64,000 bases of DNA from Narcine bancroftii (lineage: Eukaryota): NCBI RefSeq assembly GCF_036971445.1, contig NC_091471.1:26536001-26600000 (forward strand), written 5' to 3'. The first letter of the stretch is position 1; each line of letters opens with the position of its first letter. Below, one piece after another: positions 24,710 through 37,130 of this stretch. A program made the position numbers and the translations under genes. The notes under the pieces were generated by a model, which saw only the letters and a program-made list of their open reading frames with translations, ran no database searches and was not told the origin of the DNA.

Positions 24710-25998
24710 GGGCTTTCCAGTGTGAAAAAGATATATGGAGAGATTGGGCATTCAAGGTGCAAATGAGCCTGATAGGGCCAAGAAACTGCTAATGTGTGGA
24801 GGTGATTAGAGGTACATGGATGGAAATTAAGATGACAAGATAAGGAAAAAATAGATTCAAACTAGAAAGATGCAAATACTGTGGGTCAAAATCTGATTGA
24901 AACAACAGGTATACCAAGATCATCCTGTTGGGTTTAAGCCCGCCCACGTCATGATAAAACTCTGTGTGTGTGCATGTTAGTCTAATAGAAGGATGAGAAA
25001 GCATCACGTCTCCAAGTCTTAATTGTGTGAGTGCATAAACAACACTTCCTGCATGTGGACCTTGGGAATGAGGTAGAAGCATGCTAAGTAGGATTGGAGA
25101 ATGATAAGGCTGGAAGGAAGATCTCCCTATCAGTGCTCACAATGCAATCTTCTCTACATTGAAATAACCATACACAGATTAAATTATCACTTTGCAGATC
25201 ACATCTATTCAGTCCACAAAGGCAATCCCAAGTTTTTAAAATCACCCAATTTTTAAATTCTCCACTTTGACTTCTCCATCATTGGCATCCTACGTTGTTC
25301 CAATAAATAAAGGGATGAAGGGGAGAGACAGCATCAAAAGGAGGGAAGGCTGATAGTGGAGATAGCTGCTGAAGAGTTCTACCTTCACAACCCTCACCTA
25401 GTTCCATCTGCCTTTCCACCTTCCTCATATCTGTATCTGCTTCCAACTCCCAACTCCATTCCTCTCCCTCCCACACTTAGCTCCATCACCCATCAATCTT
25501 CACTCCACTTTCTCCCCTCAGTCTGATGTGTCTCAATCCATTTGGTCAAAAATTCCTCCTCGCTCCCACAGATGGTGCTTGAAATGCTGAGTTCCTCCAG
25601 CAGTTTTTTTTAATTGTCAGAATGTATCATTTCATATCTGGTTTTCTTTGCATTTTTGTTCCAATGCTGGCAATTCTATGCCAAGCTTCACAAGAATTTC
25701 CTCACCAAACACGGTCTCTTTGCTCTCCTTAAAAGTACCTCCATGTTTCAGGCATCTGCGCTAATGTGTTCTCAAATGGCTTATTGCAAAAGGTTATCTG
25801 ATAATAATTCCATTTAGCATTTTCGCCCACAGTACAATAGAAAGGTTTTATATAAATGCAAGCTGTGGCTGGCAAATAATAGTCAACTTGTGGAGGGGGG
25901 GGGGGGGGGGGAGGAGAAAATTTGAGAAAAATATCATTATCATGCAGTGAAATATGGATTCCTACAACACATTATTTCCAATCCAAATAACTGCTTAC

Positions 25999-26165
25999 CT
26001 TTCTGGTGATTTAAAGCAAATGGTTGGAAGTTCTTTGCATATTGAAGAGCTTCCCTCTGATTTTCTGTGCCTCCCATTAACAGACTTATGAAAAAAAGTC
26101 TGTGTAGCTTGAACTCAAGAGAACTGTTCTGTGCCATCAACATCTCACGGTTTGAAACTGCCCAT
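25999..26165 (-). CDS. RMND5A: RMND5A exon 5 (167 nt; CTLH region)
   Basis: aag|A TGG GCA...AAA G|gtaag; [55 protein letters not shown] (within ORF 25940..26176). Confidence 0.95.
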
Positions 26166-26676
26166 CTTATAAGCAAAGTAAATTTGTCATCATGTTAATT
26201 AGAAATTGTAGCGCCAACTATAAATCTACAATATTACAATAAACAAATGAAAAGCTAACAAGATTTTATAATTCAATAGTTTGGAGGAAAATCCTATTCT
26301 AATTGTAAATAGAAAACTCTACACTACCAAGAAATCTGGGGAAAAAAAGCTTTCCATACAGAAATAATTCCAAATCCCTTCAATTTGATTAAAATTGAAT
26401 TTCCTTTTTAAAGAACATATTTAGTTTATACAAAAAAGATCATTGAAAGTTGCTGCGTACAACCTATTTACCAGCACAGAAATGCAACAATTTGAAGTCA
26501 TAACCACAATTAAAACCATAGAACATTCTAAGAATGCAGACCTCTGTTAAAAGGAGGCAGACAATCCTGAAGTTTGTTTCTATAACTTAATTAGTTGAAG
26601 TACTTGAATTAAAAATTGCCAGACCTCCCTAGTTTCACTAATACATTTAACAATTATAAAATAAAATTATACTTAC

Positions 26677-26777
26677 TCGAGTGCGGGCCTTAGATCTCTT
26701 ACTCTGAGTGCCTCCAAGATTCGATTTAATTCCACAAAAGGCTCCTTTTGGTTTCCTTCTATGCACAAGCCAGCTTC
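26677..26777 (-). CDS. RMND5A: RMND5A exon 4 (101 nt)
   Basis: cag|GAA GCT...CTC GA|gtaag; [33 protein letters not shown](E). Confidence 0.95.
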
Positions 26778-26972
26778 CTGAGGGAAAATAAGGACCATGT
26801 TATTTAGGAGCTAGAATATGACAATCAAGTCAGCTTAAAATATACTCTTTTCCTCGGAACAGGGGAGTCTGGCGAAAGAGAATTAGCTACCAGATGAAAT
26901 AGTATAGGCAGGTACAACTACAATATTAATAAGATTTGGACAAAGATAGGGAAGGTTTAGAGTAGTTTAGAG

Positions 26973-27339
26973 CAGTGGTTCTCAACCTTTTTCTTTCGAC
27001 TCACATAAGTATTCCCTTACTAATGACAGAGCACCTATGGCATAGAGAATACTTAAGGTGTTATGTGAGTGGAAAGAAAAACTTTGAGAACCACTGTTTT
27101 AATCATACCTAAGAGACTTGTTATGTGCACTGTTTCATAACTCCAAAGGAAATGGGCCAATGGCAAATTTTCTCCAAAGCAAAATATTTCAGTAACAATT
27201 GGGTCTACAGCAGTGGTTCTCAAACTTTTTTTTCCACTCACGTACCACCTTAAGTTATCCTTTATTAATCACAGAGCACCTATGGCATAGGGATTACTTA
27301 AGGTGGTATGTGAGTGGGAAGAATATTTGAAAACCACTG
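26973..27339. mobile_element. hAT/Charlie-like non-autonomous element made of two MITE modules
   Basis: TIR pairs CAGTGGTTCTCAA...TTGAGAACCACTG (26973-27097) and again at 27211-27339; flanks GTTTAGAG/ATTTTGAG resemble an 8-bp TSD. Confidence 0.75.
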
Positions 27340-28639
27340 ATTTTGAGGAATATCGGACTGTTATGAAGTAATAAACTCTTATTAGTACTAACAAAAGGAA
27401 CAGCAAGGGAGAATTCACCAGGCAATAGTAAATTCAAAATAATAGTTTTTCTTAAATTATTAATAACAATTCCCACTATGAGGAAATGTAGATAAATGTG
27501 TGTCAAAATCCAAACTGTTATAATTTGAGCTTGTCTGAAAAGTCGATTTTAAACTTCAGCATCAAACATCTTGTATTGCTTGAGCTTTTTAAAAATCACT
27601 GTCCAGAATTAATTATGAAAAACTTCTAAACATCATGTCTTTAAATCTTTTGAACTCGTGAATCTTTTGACGAGTTATCTTTTTCAGAGAGATACTTCTT
27701 CATACGAGAGATTTCACAAACTCCCTCTCATCTTGCCTAAGAGTTACGGAATCTGTTTTTCATGGTGATTTCTTTCTTAATCAAGAGCAAAGTGGTCTTA
27801 CTTTAAAAGCCACTTATTTTTTTTTATAAGGATAATGCAATGCAAAACAGCATCTTCCTGTCTCCAGAGACTGTTCTACTCGTGTCTCTTTCACAGGATG
27901 GTCAGTTTTTTTCTCTCTCTCTGCCTTTATTTATGTTTCTATGAAATCATGTCACCACTGTTGGTTTCATTTCTGCAAAACGTCGTAGATGACCTTTGCC
28001 TTCCTCCAAATTATCTCTTCACATCCATAAACACATCTGATCTCATCTCTGTTCAAGGTTTAAATGCTTAATATCTCCATAAAGTCTGAGCACTTCACTA
28101 GAGGAAGAACTTTCTTAATTGCAACAGCTGCCATCATAATGCTGTGTGGACACCCATTGACCTGAATCAATTAAAAACCACATCAGCTCCATTAGGGTCT
28201 TGTCCTTCCAGACTTGGCATCTCCGAATGAACTTGGAGTCTCTGTAAATGTGATATGACCCTGTATTCAGACCACAAACTAACTTTGAGAAATATATATT
28301 TTATAGCTAAAGATTTACACAAATGCAGGCAAACAGAGCTTGCTCAGCTAGGGAATTAGTTCAGCATGGATGAGCTGGGTCAAAGGGCCTGTTTCCATGG
28401 TGTAAAACTCAACAACTGTAAATTATTTGATCATGGATATTGAATTTTATTGAATTATTATATCCATAATTAAAATCAATAAACCAATCAGACAAAAAAA
28501 ATAATGAATCTTGATTTCTGTTGTATTCAATTCCCTAGTTAAAAAAAATAAAAATGACAAATGCTTTTATTGTGCCATGTCACATGAAAAGTAAACAAAA
28601 CAAAATTACAATCACTAGTCAGCAATATTAAACAGTCAT

Positions 28640-28942
28640 GGGTGGAAATTAAATTAAGCAAGATTGGAGAAAATCTACCTGAGGAATTTATTTATAAGTG
28701 GGAACCAAGATTAATGACTAATGACAGAGATGTTCCATTATTGAAATATTTGATTAATGTTTGGAATAAAGTCAAGTTAGAAAATGGTGGAAATTTTTGC
28801 AATTAAAAACACCATTAATTAATCCTCTTAATTTTTTCAAAAGATATTTTTAAATATTTGGAATAATTAAGGGATTTCTAAAATAGGGGATTGTTATGAA
28901 AATGGTAGATTTATGTCATTCGATCAACTAAAAATGATATTC
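28640..28942 (+). mobile_element. L1 ORF2 fragment
   Basis: AT-rich remnant resembling the L1 C-terminal region at about 38860-39000. Confidence 0.45.
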
Positions 28943-29483
28943 CGCGGACAAGTTGCTCTTGTGTCTTGGTGTGAGCTTGCAGGCGCCTCAGATTGAAGAG
29001 ACTGCCATCCGTGCGATACCGGATGTAAACAGCGTCTTCATTGTTGAGGTCTTTCATGGCTTGTTTCAGCATCATGCTAAAGAAGATTGAAAAGAGGGTT
29101 GGTGCGAGAACGCAGCCTTGCTTCACGCCATTGTTAATGGAGAACGGTTCAGAGAGCTCATTGCTGTATCTGACCCGACCTTGTTGGTTTTCGTGCAGTT
29201 GGATAACCATGTTGAGGAACTTTGGGGGGCATCCGATGCGCTCTAATATTTGCCAAAGCCCTTTCCTGCTCACGGTGTCGAAGGCTTTGGTGAGGTCAAC
29301 AAAGGTGATGTAGAGTCCTTTGTTTTGTTCTCTGCACTTTTCTTGGAGCTGTCTGAGGGCAAAGACCATGTCAGTAGTTCCTCTGTTTGCGCGAAAGCCG
29401 CACTGTGATTCTGGGAGAATATTCTCGGCGACACTAGGTATTATTCTATTTAGGAGAATCTTAGTGAAGATTTTGCCTGCAAT
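28943..29483 (-). mobile_element. Young RTE RT fragment
   Basis: ORF 28911..29369 is almost identical to 11824..13197 (FVDLTKAFDTVSRKGLWQ...). Confidence 0.92.
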
Positions 29484-29810
29484 TGAAAGCGAGGGGGAGG
29501 CAGCAGCCCCGGCCTCGGTCGAGTAAGGCAGGCGGAGGCCACGGTCCAGGCAAAAGCGAGGGGGAAGCGGTGGCCTCGGCAGAGCGAAGCAGGTGTGAGG
29601 CCCCGGTCCGGGCAGAAGCGAGGGGGAGGCGGAGGCCCTGGTCCGGGCAGAAGCGAGGGGGAGGTGGAGGCCCCGGCCTCAGCAGAGCGAAGCAGGCAGA
29701 GGCCCCGGTCCGAGCAGAAAGAAGTAGGCGGAGGCCCCGGTCCGGGCACAGGGAAAGCAGCAGAGGACCCGGCCCCGGTCCGGGCAGTATGGTCCGACCT
29801 AGGAGGGGAG
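29484..29810. repeat. GC-rich minisatellite, unit about 30-35 bp
   Basis: Imperfect copies of GGCAGAAGCGAGGGGGAGGCGGAGGCCCCGGTCCG. Confidence 0.9.
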
Positions 29811-30037
29811 GCAGGCCCTTCCATCCCGGGTAAGAAACCTGCATAGGAGAAGGCCACTCCGATATAAAACCTATAACCCAAGGACCTCGCTGCCATGTCC
29901 CAGCTTACTTGGCCACAGCACACGAGTAATTATTATATATTAGCCATTAATGTCTATTATAATAATTAGGGGCCAGAATGTAAAGGTTAAAACCTTGTTT
30001 TTAACCCTTAGTTAATTTTGTGCCTTTGTTTGTACCT

Positions 30038-30710
30038 TTTTTTTTTTAAAACTTCATTTATATTTTTTAAAATATCATCAAAAATACCAAACCCTGTTGT
30101 TACAAATATACATTAGTAAAATAGATAATCTTAAATTAATAAGTTAATAACCAACCCCAACCCCGATCCCCACCCCTAAAAAAAAATCGCCAAACTATCC
30201 CTATTTTTACTATTGGAGCCTTTTACAAAGATTAAAATACCATAATACAACATATATGAAAATTAATTTAAAAAATAATTAAAATTTCATAGTTAACATA
30301 CACTAAGACCCATGTTTTAAATTATTGTTTGTAATGTTACCATAGTGACGATGGTGTAATATGTCATAATATCTGCCAAGACTAACGCTTTTTTTCTATA
30401 GGAATGTGAAGGAAGCGTGAGCTTCAGAAATTTTTCTTTGAAGATTTTTCGTCTCAAATACTTTATGTGTATCTCTTTGAAAGCTTTTAATATCTTTATA
30501 TATCTCTATTATACAGTAAATTCTTTATTATTCATTGTTATGAAAGTCCTAATAGGAAGCTATGCAAAATGTTTATTTGTTTTATCAACAAATTAAAACT
30601 ACACAAAGTGCAAACCACAGAGTTTGATTTGTTGGATTAAGGAGATCGAAATTTGAGATATCATAGCTTATGCCTTGGAAGATAAACACTTTGAAATTAG
30701 GATATATTGG
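30038..30710 (-). mobile_element. L1 3' end with poly(A)
   Basis: Poly(T) on plus at about 30038-30047, G-rich 3' UTR tract and CxxC remnant on minus. Confidence 0.5.
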
Positions 30711-30889
30711 AATAAAGAAAGTGTCATCTATAACTGGTTGCATCACATCCTAGTTTTGTAGTCCAAGTGCCCAGGACCACGGAAGGTAGAGATCATAGCC
30801 AAGTCCATCACACGCTTCAACTTCCTGTCCATTGAAGAGCCACCACAAGAGGCAGCTGACAGAATAATTCCCATTACTCTGGTGGGAGT

Positions 30890-31160
30890 GGGAAGGGAAG
30901 GTTGAGAATCACTGCTCTAGACCCAATTGTTACTGAAATATTTTGCTTGAGAAAAATTATCACTGGTGCATTTCCTTTGGAGTTATGAAACTATGCACAC
31001 AATGAGTCAATTAGGTATGATTAAAACTGTGGTTTACAAACATTTTCTTTTCACCCACATATCAACTTATGCAATCCCTTACTAATCACAGAGCACCTAT
31101 TGCATAGGGAATACTTAAAGTGGTATGCGAGTGGAAAGAAAAAGGTTGAGAATCATTGTT
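30890..31160. mobile_element. Second copy of the hAT-like composite MITE, with the spacer inverted
   Basis: Reverse-complement match to 27098-27225 plus a module aatcacagagcacctat.gcatagggaatactta. Confidence 0.75.
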
Positions 31161-32164
31161 ATAGAATAACATGATATTGTAACTTATATTATATTACAAA
31201 GTTGAAAAAAAAACATTGAACTACCATTCTATTTATCTAACCCCACCCTAAAGAGGCTATTGACTTAAATTATCAGTAGTGGCCTGTCTGTGTTTATAAA
31301 AAAAAAGGTAACCAATGGAGTCACAAACCAGAAAATCGTTCATCTTACAAATTTTGAAATTAATTAAGAAAAGAACCCCATAAAGAAACAAAGGTAAGAT
31401 TAATTTCAGCAGTAGAACATCTAATTTTTTTTTTCCAAAGTCAGACATGCCATCATTTGATTATGAGTGGGAGGGGTAGCATCTTTCCATCTCATTAAAA
31501 TGGCTCTTAATGCAACATTACGTTTATTCCATCTGTAACTCTTTCTGCCGTGAGAAAACCAGCATATTAAGACTCAGCTGATACTCTCCAAATAATGTTT
31601 TCTTTTCTCCATGATCAACAGATTACTCCCAGTAACTATGCATTTTTGTACTGTGCCTTATTTGTACTATGTATGAATCAGCTACTGGTCTACTTGCTAA
31701 ACAATTTGTCTCTGGATCTCAGTACATGTGACAATAAGCTTGAACTTGATGTCTCCACTTCTATTCTAAACCTGCCTCAACCATTTTTCACATTAACTTG
31801 CAGTAAACTACCTTGTTTCTCTCTCCACTGCCCCCATTCCCACTAATTCTGCAGCTGCCATTCTTTTTCAGTCAGTGCTTTGAGACTCATGTATAACAAA
31901 AGATTGCTTCTGGGGGGGGTGGGGGGGGCCCACACACACAATTTCACAATTTTTTGTGTGAAACTATGTCTTTCAGACAGCTAGGAGTGCAAAAGTGAAG
32001 GAAAATGGGTAAATAGATGGTAAAATAAACACAGAATTTGAAGAAATAAAGTTGTGCAGGAAGAATGAACTCTACTCTGTTTTCAATAGAATGAGGAGAA
32101 AAAAAGTGCAAAAGTATAAAGTCCAATCTATCCTAAAATAGTGACCTGGATTCATAGAACCAAT

Positions 32165-33755
32165 TTAGGAACCATAGAAACATTACAGCACAGAAAACAG
32201 ACCTTTCAGCGCCAAACTATTATTCTGCCTTGTGCCACTGTCCTGTACCCAGCCCATCATCCTCCATACCCCTCCATTCATGTACTGGTCCAATTTTTTC
32301 CTGAAATGATAAAACTGAGACCACATTCACTTCAGCTGGCAGCTTATTCCATACTCCTATCATTCTGTGTGAAAAAAGTACCCCTAATGTTCTCCCTAAA
32401 CTTTCCACCTTTTACCCATAACCCACATCCTGTGGTTTGTATCTCACCTAACCTCACTGGAAAAAAGACATATTATTCTACACCCACATAATTTTGTATA
32501 CCTCTCAAAACTCCCATGATACTTAACCTTTCCCTGTAACTCAGTTCCTCAAGTTCAGGCAGCATCCTCATAAATTTTTTCTGCATTCTTTCAATTTTAT
32601 TAACATCTTTCCTGTTGTTGGGTGACCAGATCTGCACACAGTACTCCAAATTTGGTCTTGTGTCTTGTACAACTTTACCACAACACTGCAACTCCTGAAG
32701 GCCAATGTGAAAAGCTCTTTACGACTCAATCTACCTGTGATGCCACTTTCAGGAAATTGTGTATCTGAATTCCCAGATCCCTCTATTCTACCGCACATCT
32801 CAATACCCTACCATTCACTGTGCATGTCCTACCAAGGTACGCCCTTCCAAAATGAAACACCTCACACATGTCAGCATTGAATCCCATCTGCCAATTTGTA
32901 GCCCATTTTTCCATCTGGTCCAGATCCTAGTGCAAGCTATAAAAGCCTTCCTCGCTGTCCACATTTCTAATCTGTCATCTGCAAACTTGCTGATTAAATT
33001 TACCACATTATCTTCCAGATCATTGATCCAGATGAAAAACAATGGGCATGGCACCATTCCTTGAGACACACCACTAGTCAGAGATGCAATCATCCACTAC
33101 CACTCTCCAGCTTCTCCCAGTTTACTACCTTACTATGAATACTGAGTAACTGAACCTTCCTGACTAACCTCCTATGGGGAAACTCAAAGGACCTACTGAA
33201 GTCCACAGACAACATCCACAGTCTTTCCTTCATCAATTTTGCTGGTAACATGCTTGATAAATGATATGATTTGTTAAACACTCCCTATCACTCAAAGCCA
33301 TGTTGCCTATCCCTAATCAGTCCTTGGCTATCCAATCTCTGAGAACACCTTCCAATAATTTACTACTACTAACATCAGACTCACTGGCCTATAATTTTTT
33401 GGGTTATTTTTGGAGTTTTTTTTAAAGCAAACACACTTCAACCATCATGAAGGACATTTACATTTGCCAGGGCCCCTGCAATTTCTGCACTGGACTCCCT
33501 CAAGGTCTGAGGGAAATACTTGTCAGGCCCTGGAAGTGTATCCACCTTTAAGACAGCAAGCACCTCCTCCTCCTCTTTAATTTGGATAGGTTCCATGACT
33601 TCACGACTTGTTTCCCTCACTACCCTGCACTGTGTCAGTTTCTCGAGTAAATACAGACGCACAATAAAAACCCATTTACGATTCCCCTCATCTCTTCCTG
33701 GCTGACCACTCTGATCTTCAAGAGGACCAATTTTGCTCATTGCTATTCTTTTGCT
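32165..33755 (-). mobile_element. Decayed CR1 LINE
   Basis: SGVSQGMVPCPLFFIWINDL...SKFADD; RPNLEYCVQIWSP (32815..33093, 32473..32691). Confidence 0.85.
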
Positions 33756-36700
33756 TGTAGTGCTGGACACGGCCAAGAAAGACTCAGCCACCACATTGAA
33801 AGTCGTAAATGACTGGTTTTATTCAAACTCAGTGTGCGTCCTTTTAAGGGCAGCATAAGCTCAGTCACCTCGGGCATTGTGACATGATAATCGCTGCCCC
33901 AGGCACGCACTGGGCAGGAGACTTGAGACAGGGAGAAAACCCAGACAGCGCCATCTTCCCATGCCTGCCCTACCAGTGGCATTATACGCGGGGCTGGGTC
34001 GCCATGATAGAGTGCGCTGCCATACAATTCCCCCCCCCCACCCCCCAGAACCAGCTACATGTCCCGTTGCTTGGGTGGGCGGCCCCGGTGCTTGGGCATG
34101 GGCGACTGTACCGGCCGTGATAGGTCTAAATGCACCGCCTTCAAACGGTCAACGGTGAAAAGTTCTTCTTTAACCCCTATGTCCAAAGTGAAAGTCCTGC
34201 CAGACCGTTGGAGAACCTTGTGTGGACCTTTGTACGGGTGTTGTAAAGGTGCCGTATGTGGGCCACGCCGAACAAATACGAATTCCGCAGAGTCCAGCTC
34301 CTGGGACGATGTGTCGGCCAGACACCATGATGCGAGGGAGGTGGTGGGACCAGCGAGGATTGTTTCTTACGGAGATCTGCCAAAAGGCTTGCGTGCTTGG
34401 ACATGACATTGGGCTCCAGGCCAAAGAACTCACTGGGCAGCGAGAACGGCACACCGTAGATCAGTTCTGCAGAAGACGCCTCCAGGTCCTCCTTGGGTGC
34501 TGTTCTGATGCCGAGGAGGACCCAGGGAAGTTCGTCTGCCCAGCCTGGGCCGGTGAGGTGAGCCATGAGGCCGGATTTTATATGACGATGAAACCTCTCC
34601 ACCAAACCATTTGCTTGCAGGTGGTAGGCTGTGGTGTAATGGAGTTTAACCCCCCCCAGGAGGTTTGCCAGATGAGCCCAGAGCATGGAGGTGATGTCCG
34701 CCGGGACTACAAACCTAGCAATCCAATGACTGACTAGGTTCCTGACGTACATCTCTGCAGAAGCCTCTTTGATGGGAACAGCCTCCGACCATCTCGTGGT
34801 CCGATCGACTATTGTGAGAAGGTAGTGCGCTTCTCTGGACACCGGCAGGTGGCCTACGACAACAACGTGGATGTGTTGAAATCTCCACACTACCAGGTCG
34901 AATTGCTGGATTGGGGCCTGCGTATGCCGGTAGACCTTGGAGACCTGGCACCTGGTGCAGTTCCTCGCCATCTCGACCACCACCTTTTTAAGCCCGTGCC
35001 ACACAAACCGCTCTGCCACCATTCAGACCAAAGTCTTCACCGAGAGTTGGGCTAGGTCATGGACTAAGCTGAAAACCCTCGACCTCCACTGAGATGGGAC
35101 CACCGGGCACGACGAGCTGGTGGAGACGTCGTAGAGCAGCGTGCCCAGGCTGTTGGGCAACTGAATATCTTAGAGCTCGAGACCAGAGATGGCAGTCCGG
35201 AGAGCTTGCATCTCAGTGTCCAGCTTCTGGGCCTGTGCCAACTGTGTGTAGCGAGAGCATTGATTGCCAGACGAAAGAGCGCATCCGCCACGATGTTGTC
35301 TTTGCCTGCCCTGTGCTGGACACCAGTGGTGAACTCCGACACTTAGGAGAGGTGGCGTTGGTGGCGAGCCGACCACGGGGATCTTTGTCCATCGCGAGTT
35401 CCTCTGTGAGGGGCTTGTGGTCTGTGAACACCGTGAAGGACCTGCACTCCAGAAAGTATCGAAAGTGCCGGATGGCTGGGTCCAGCGCCAGGAGCTCCCA
35501 GTCGAAAACACTGGACTTGAGCTCCGACGGGCACAGCTGTTTGATACAGAAGGCCAGTGGACGCCAATGTCTGTTGAGCTACTGCTCGAGTACGCCCCCT
35601 ACTACCATGGCTGAGGCGTCCATCGAGAACGCCATGTGCGCCTCTGGGCGTGGGTGCACCAATAGAGTTGCGTTTGTTGCAGCAAAAGCGGTCTCTGCCT
35701 CCTCTGACCAGGTCAGCACTTTCTCCTTAGCGCCGATCAACACAAACAGCGGTCGCATGGTGCAGACGGCGCCGGGGATGAACTGATGATAAAAATTCAC
35801 CATCCCCATGAACTCCTGCAGGCCCTTGAGGGTGGTTGGCTTGGGGAACCTCTGGACAGCCGTGACCTTCTTTGGAGCCGGGACAGCACCTGCTGCCGAG
35901 ATGGTGTGCCCCAGGAACTGCAGCATCTGCTTGCCGAACTGGCACTTGGCCACGTTGACCGTGAGGCCAATCTCTGCCAGTTGGGCAAACAGGTTACGGA
36001 GGTGGGCCTTGTGCTCTTCATGGTTGCGGCTGGCGATAATGATATCATCCAGGTAGATAAACACAAAGTCCAAGTCCCTACCTACTGCGTCCATGAGGCT
36101 CTGAAAAGTCTGAGCTGCGTTCTTGAGGCCAAAGGGCATACGCAGTAATTCAAAGAGGCCAAAGTGGGTGATGATCGGTGTCTTGCCAATGACCTCGGGT
36201 GGACCAGTATCTGATGATATCTCCGCACCAGATCAACCTTGGAGAAGACTTGCGCGCCGTGGAGATTTGCCGAGAAGTCTTGAATGAGTGGAACAGGGTA
36301 CCTGTCCGGAGTGGTCATGTTGTTCAAACGCCAGTAATCGCCGCAAGGTCTCCAGCCCCCAGAGGATTTTGAGAGGGGATGCCCAGGCACTGTCCGAGCA
36401 ATGGATGATCCCCAACTCCTGCAGCCCGGAAAACTTCTCCTTTGTCAGCTGCAGCTTCTTGGGCGGAAGTTGTCTGGGCTTGGCGTGCAGCGGGGGGCCC
36501 TGCGTGGAGATATGGTGGTATACCCCGTGCTGGGGTAAGGTGGCGCTGAATCGTGGTTGAAGGATGCCAGGGAACTCGGAGTATGTTCAAATACTCATCC
36601 CTGGAAGTGGCGATGGCGACGATCTCGGGCCTGCAGGCATTCGTGGCGTACAGGTGCACTGAATGGAAGGTGCAAGCGTTGATCAGCCTCTTGCCCTCAT

Positions 36701-37130
36701 GTCCGTGTGCCCTCAGGAAGTCATCCCCTAACAACGCAATACCCAATGAAGCTAACACTAATTTCCAGCGGAATTTCTTTTTCCTGATCTGGATCTGCGC
36801 CCTGCGGGTACCGAAGGTCTTGATGGCAGAACCGTTGGCTGCCCGCAGGGTGGGACCATGAGATCGGGTGCGTTTCTAGAGGGCGGTGGGGTGCAGGACG
36901 CTCAGCTCTGCTCCTGTGTCTACCAGGAAGCATGGTGGATTTGTTGGTAACGTGAAGGAGGCTGTCCACGTGGCCAGCTGTCGCAGCCATCAATGGTGGC
37001 TGGCCAGGTCGTTTCCCATGGTAGTCACACGTTTGTCGGCACTTAGGAGCTTGCGCTCCCCAGCGCTGACGGTAAAAGCATCAGGTGGAATGGTGCTCCT
37101 CCGGCTTGTACTTGGGGGAGTCCTAGTCTA
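33756..37130 (-). mobile_element. 5'-truncated Ty3/Gypsy element (PR-RT-RH-IN, PPT, 3' LTR at 33756-34026)
   Basis: Protease FLVDTGAELSVL (about 36900-36930), RT FSKVDL/MPFGLKNAAQTFQ/YLDD (35579..36390), RNase H FTDHKPL, integrase (34177..35022), G-rich PPT, LTR TGTA...TACA; several frameshifts. Confidence 0.92.

Noticed and set aside
25620-25880. Unique-looking intron 5 segment as a poison exon or conserved element
   Set aside because: No convincing acceptor/donor pair, and conservation cannot be judged from one sequence.
29450-29923. Pro/Gly/Arg-rich ORFs on both strands; possible CRISPR-like array
   Set aside because: GC-rich minisatellite without stop codons; units are contiguous and degenerate with no unique spacers, and the context is eukaryotic.
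29880-29925. gccatgtcccagc resemblance to the start of the HDV ribozyme
   Set aside because: I could not build the nested double pseudoknot by eye and the segment ends about 20 nt later; the similarity is superficial.
34059-36861. Several plus-strand ORFs of up to 230 aa
   Set aside because: Antisense shadows of the GC-rich Gypsy pol on the minus strand.
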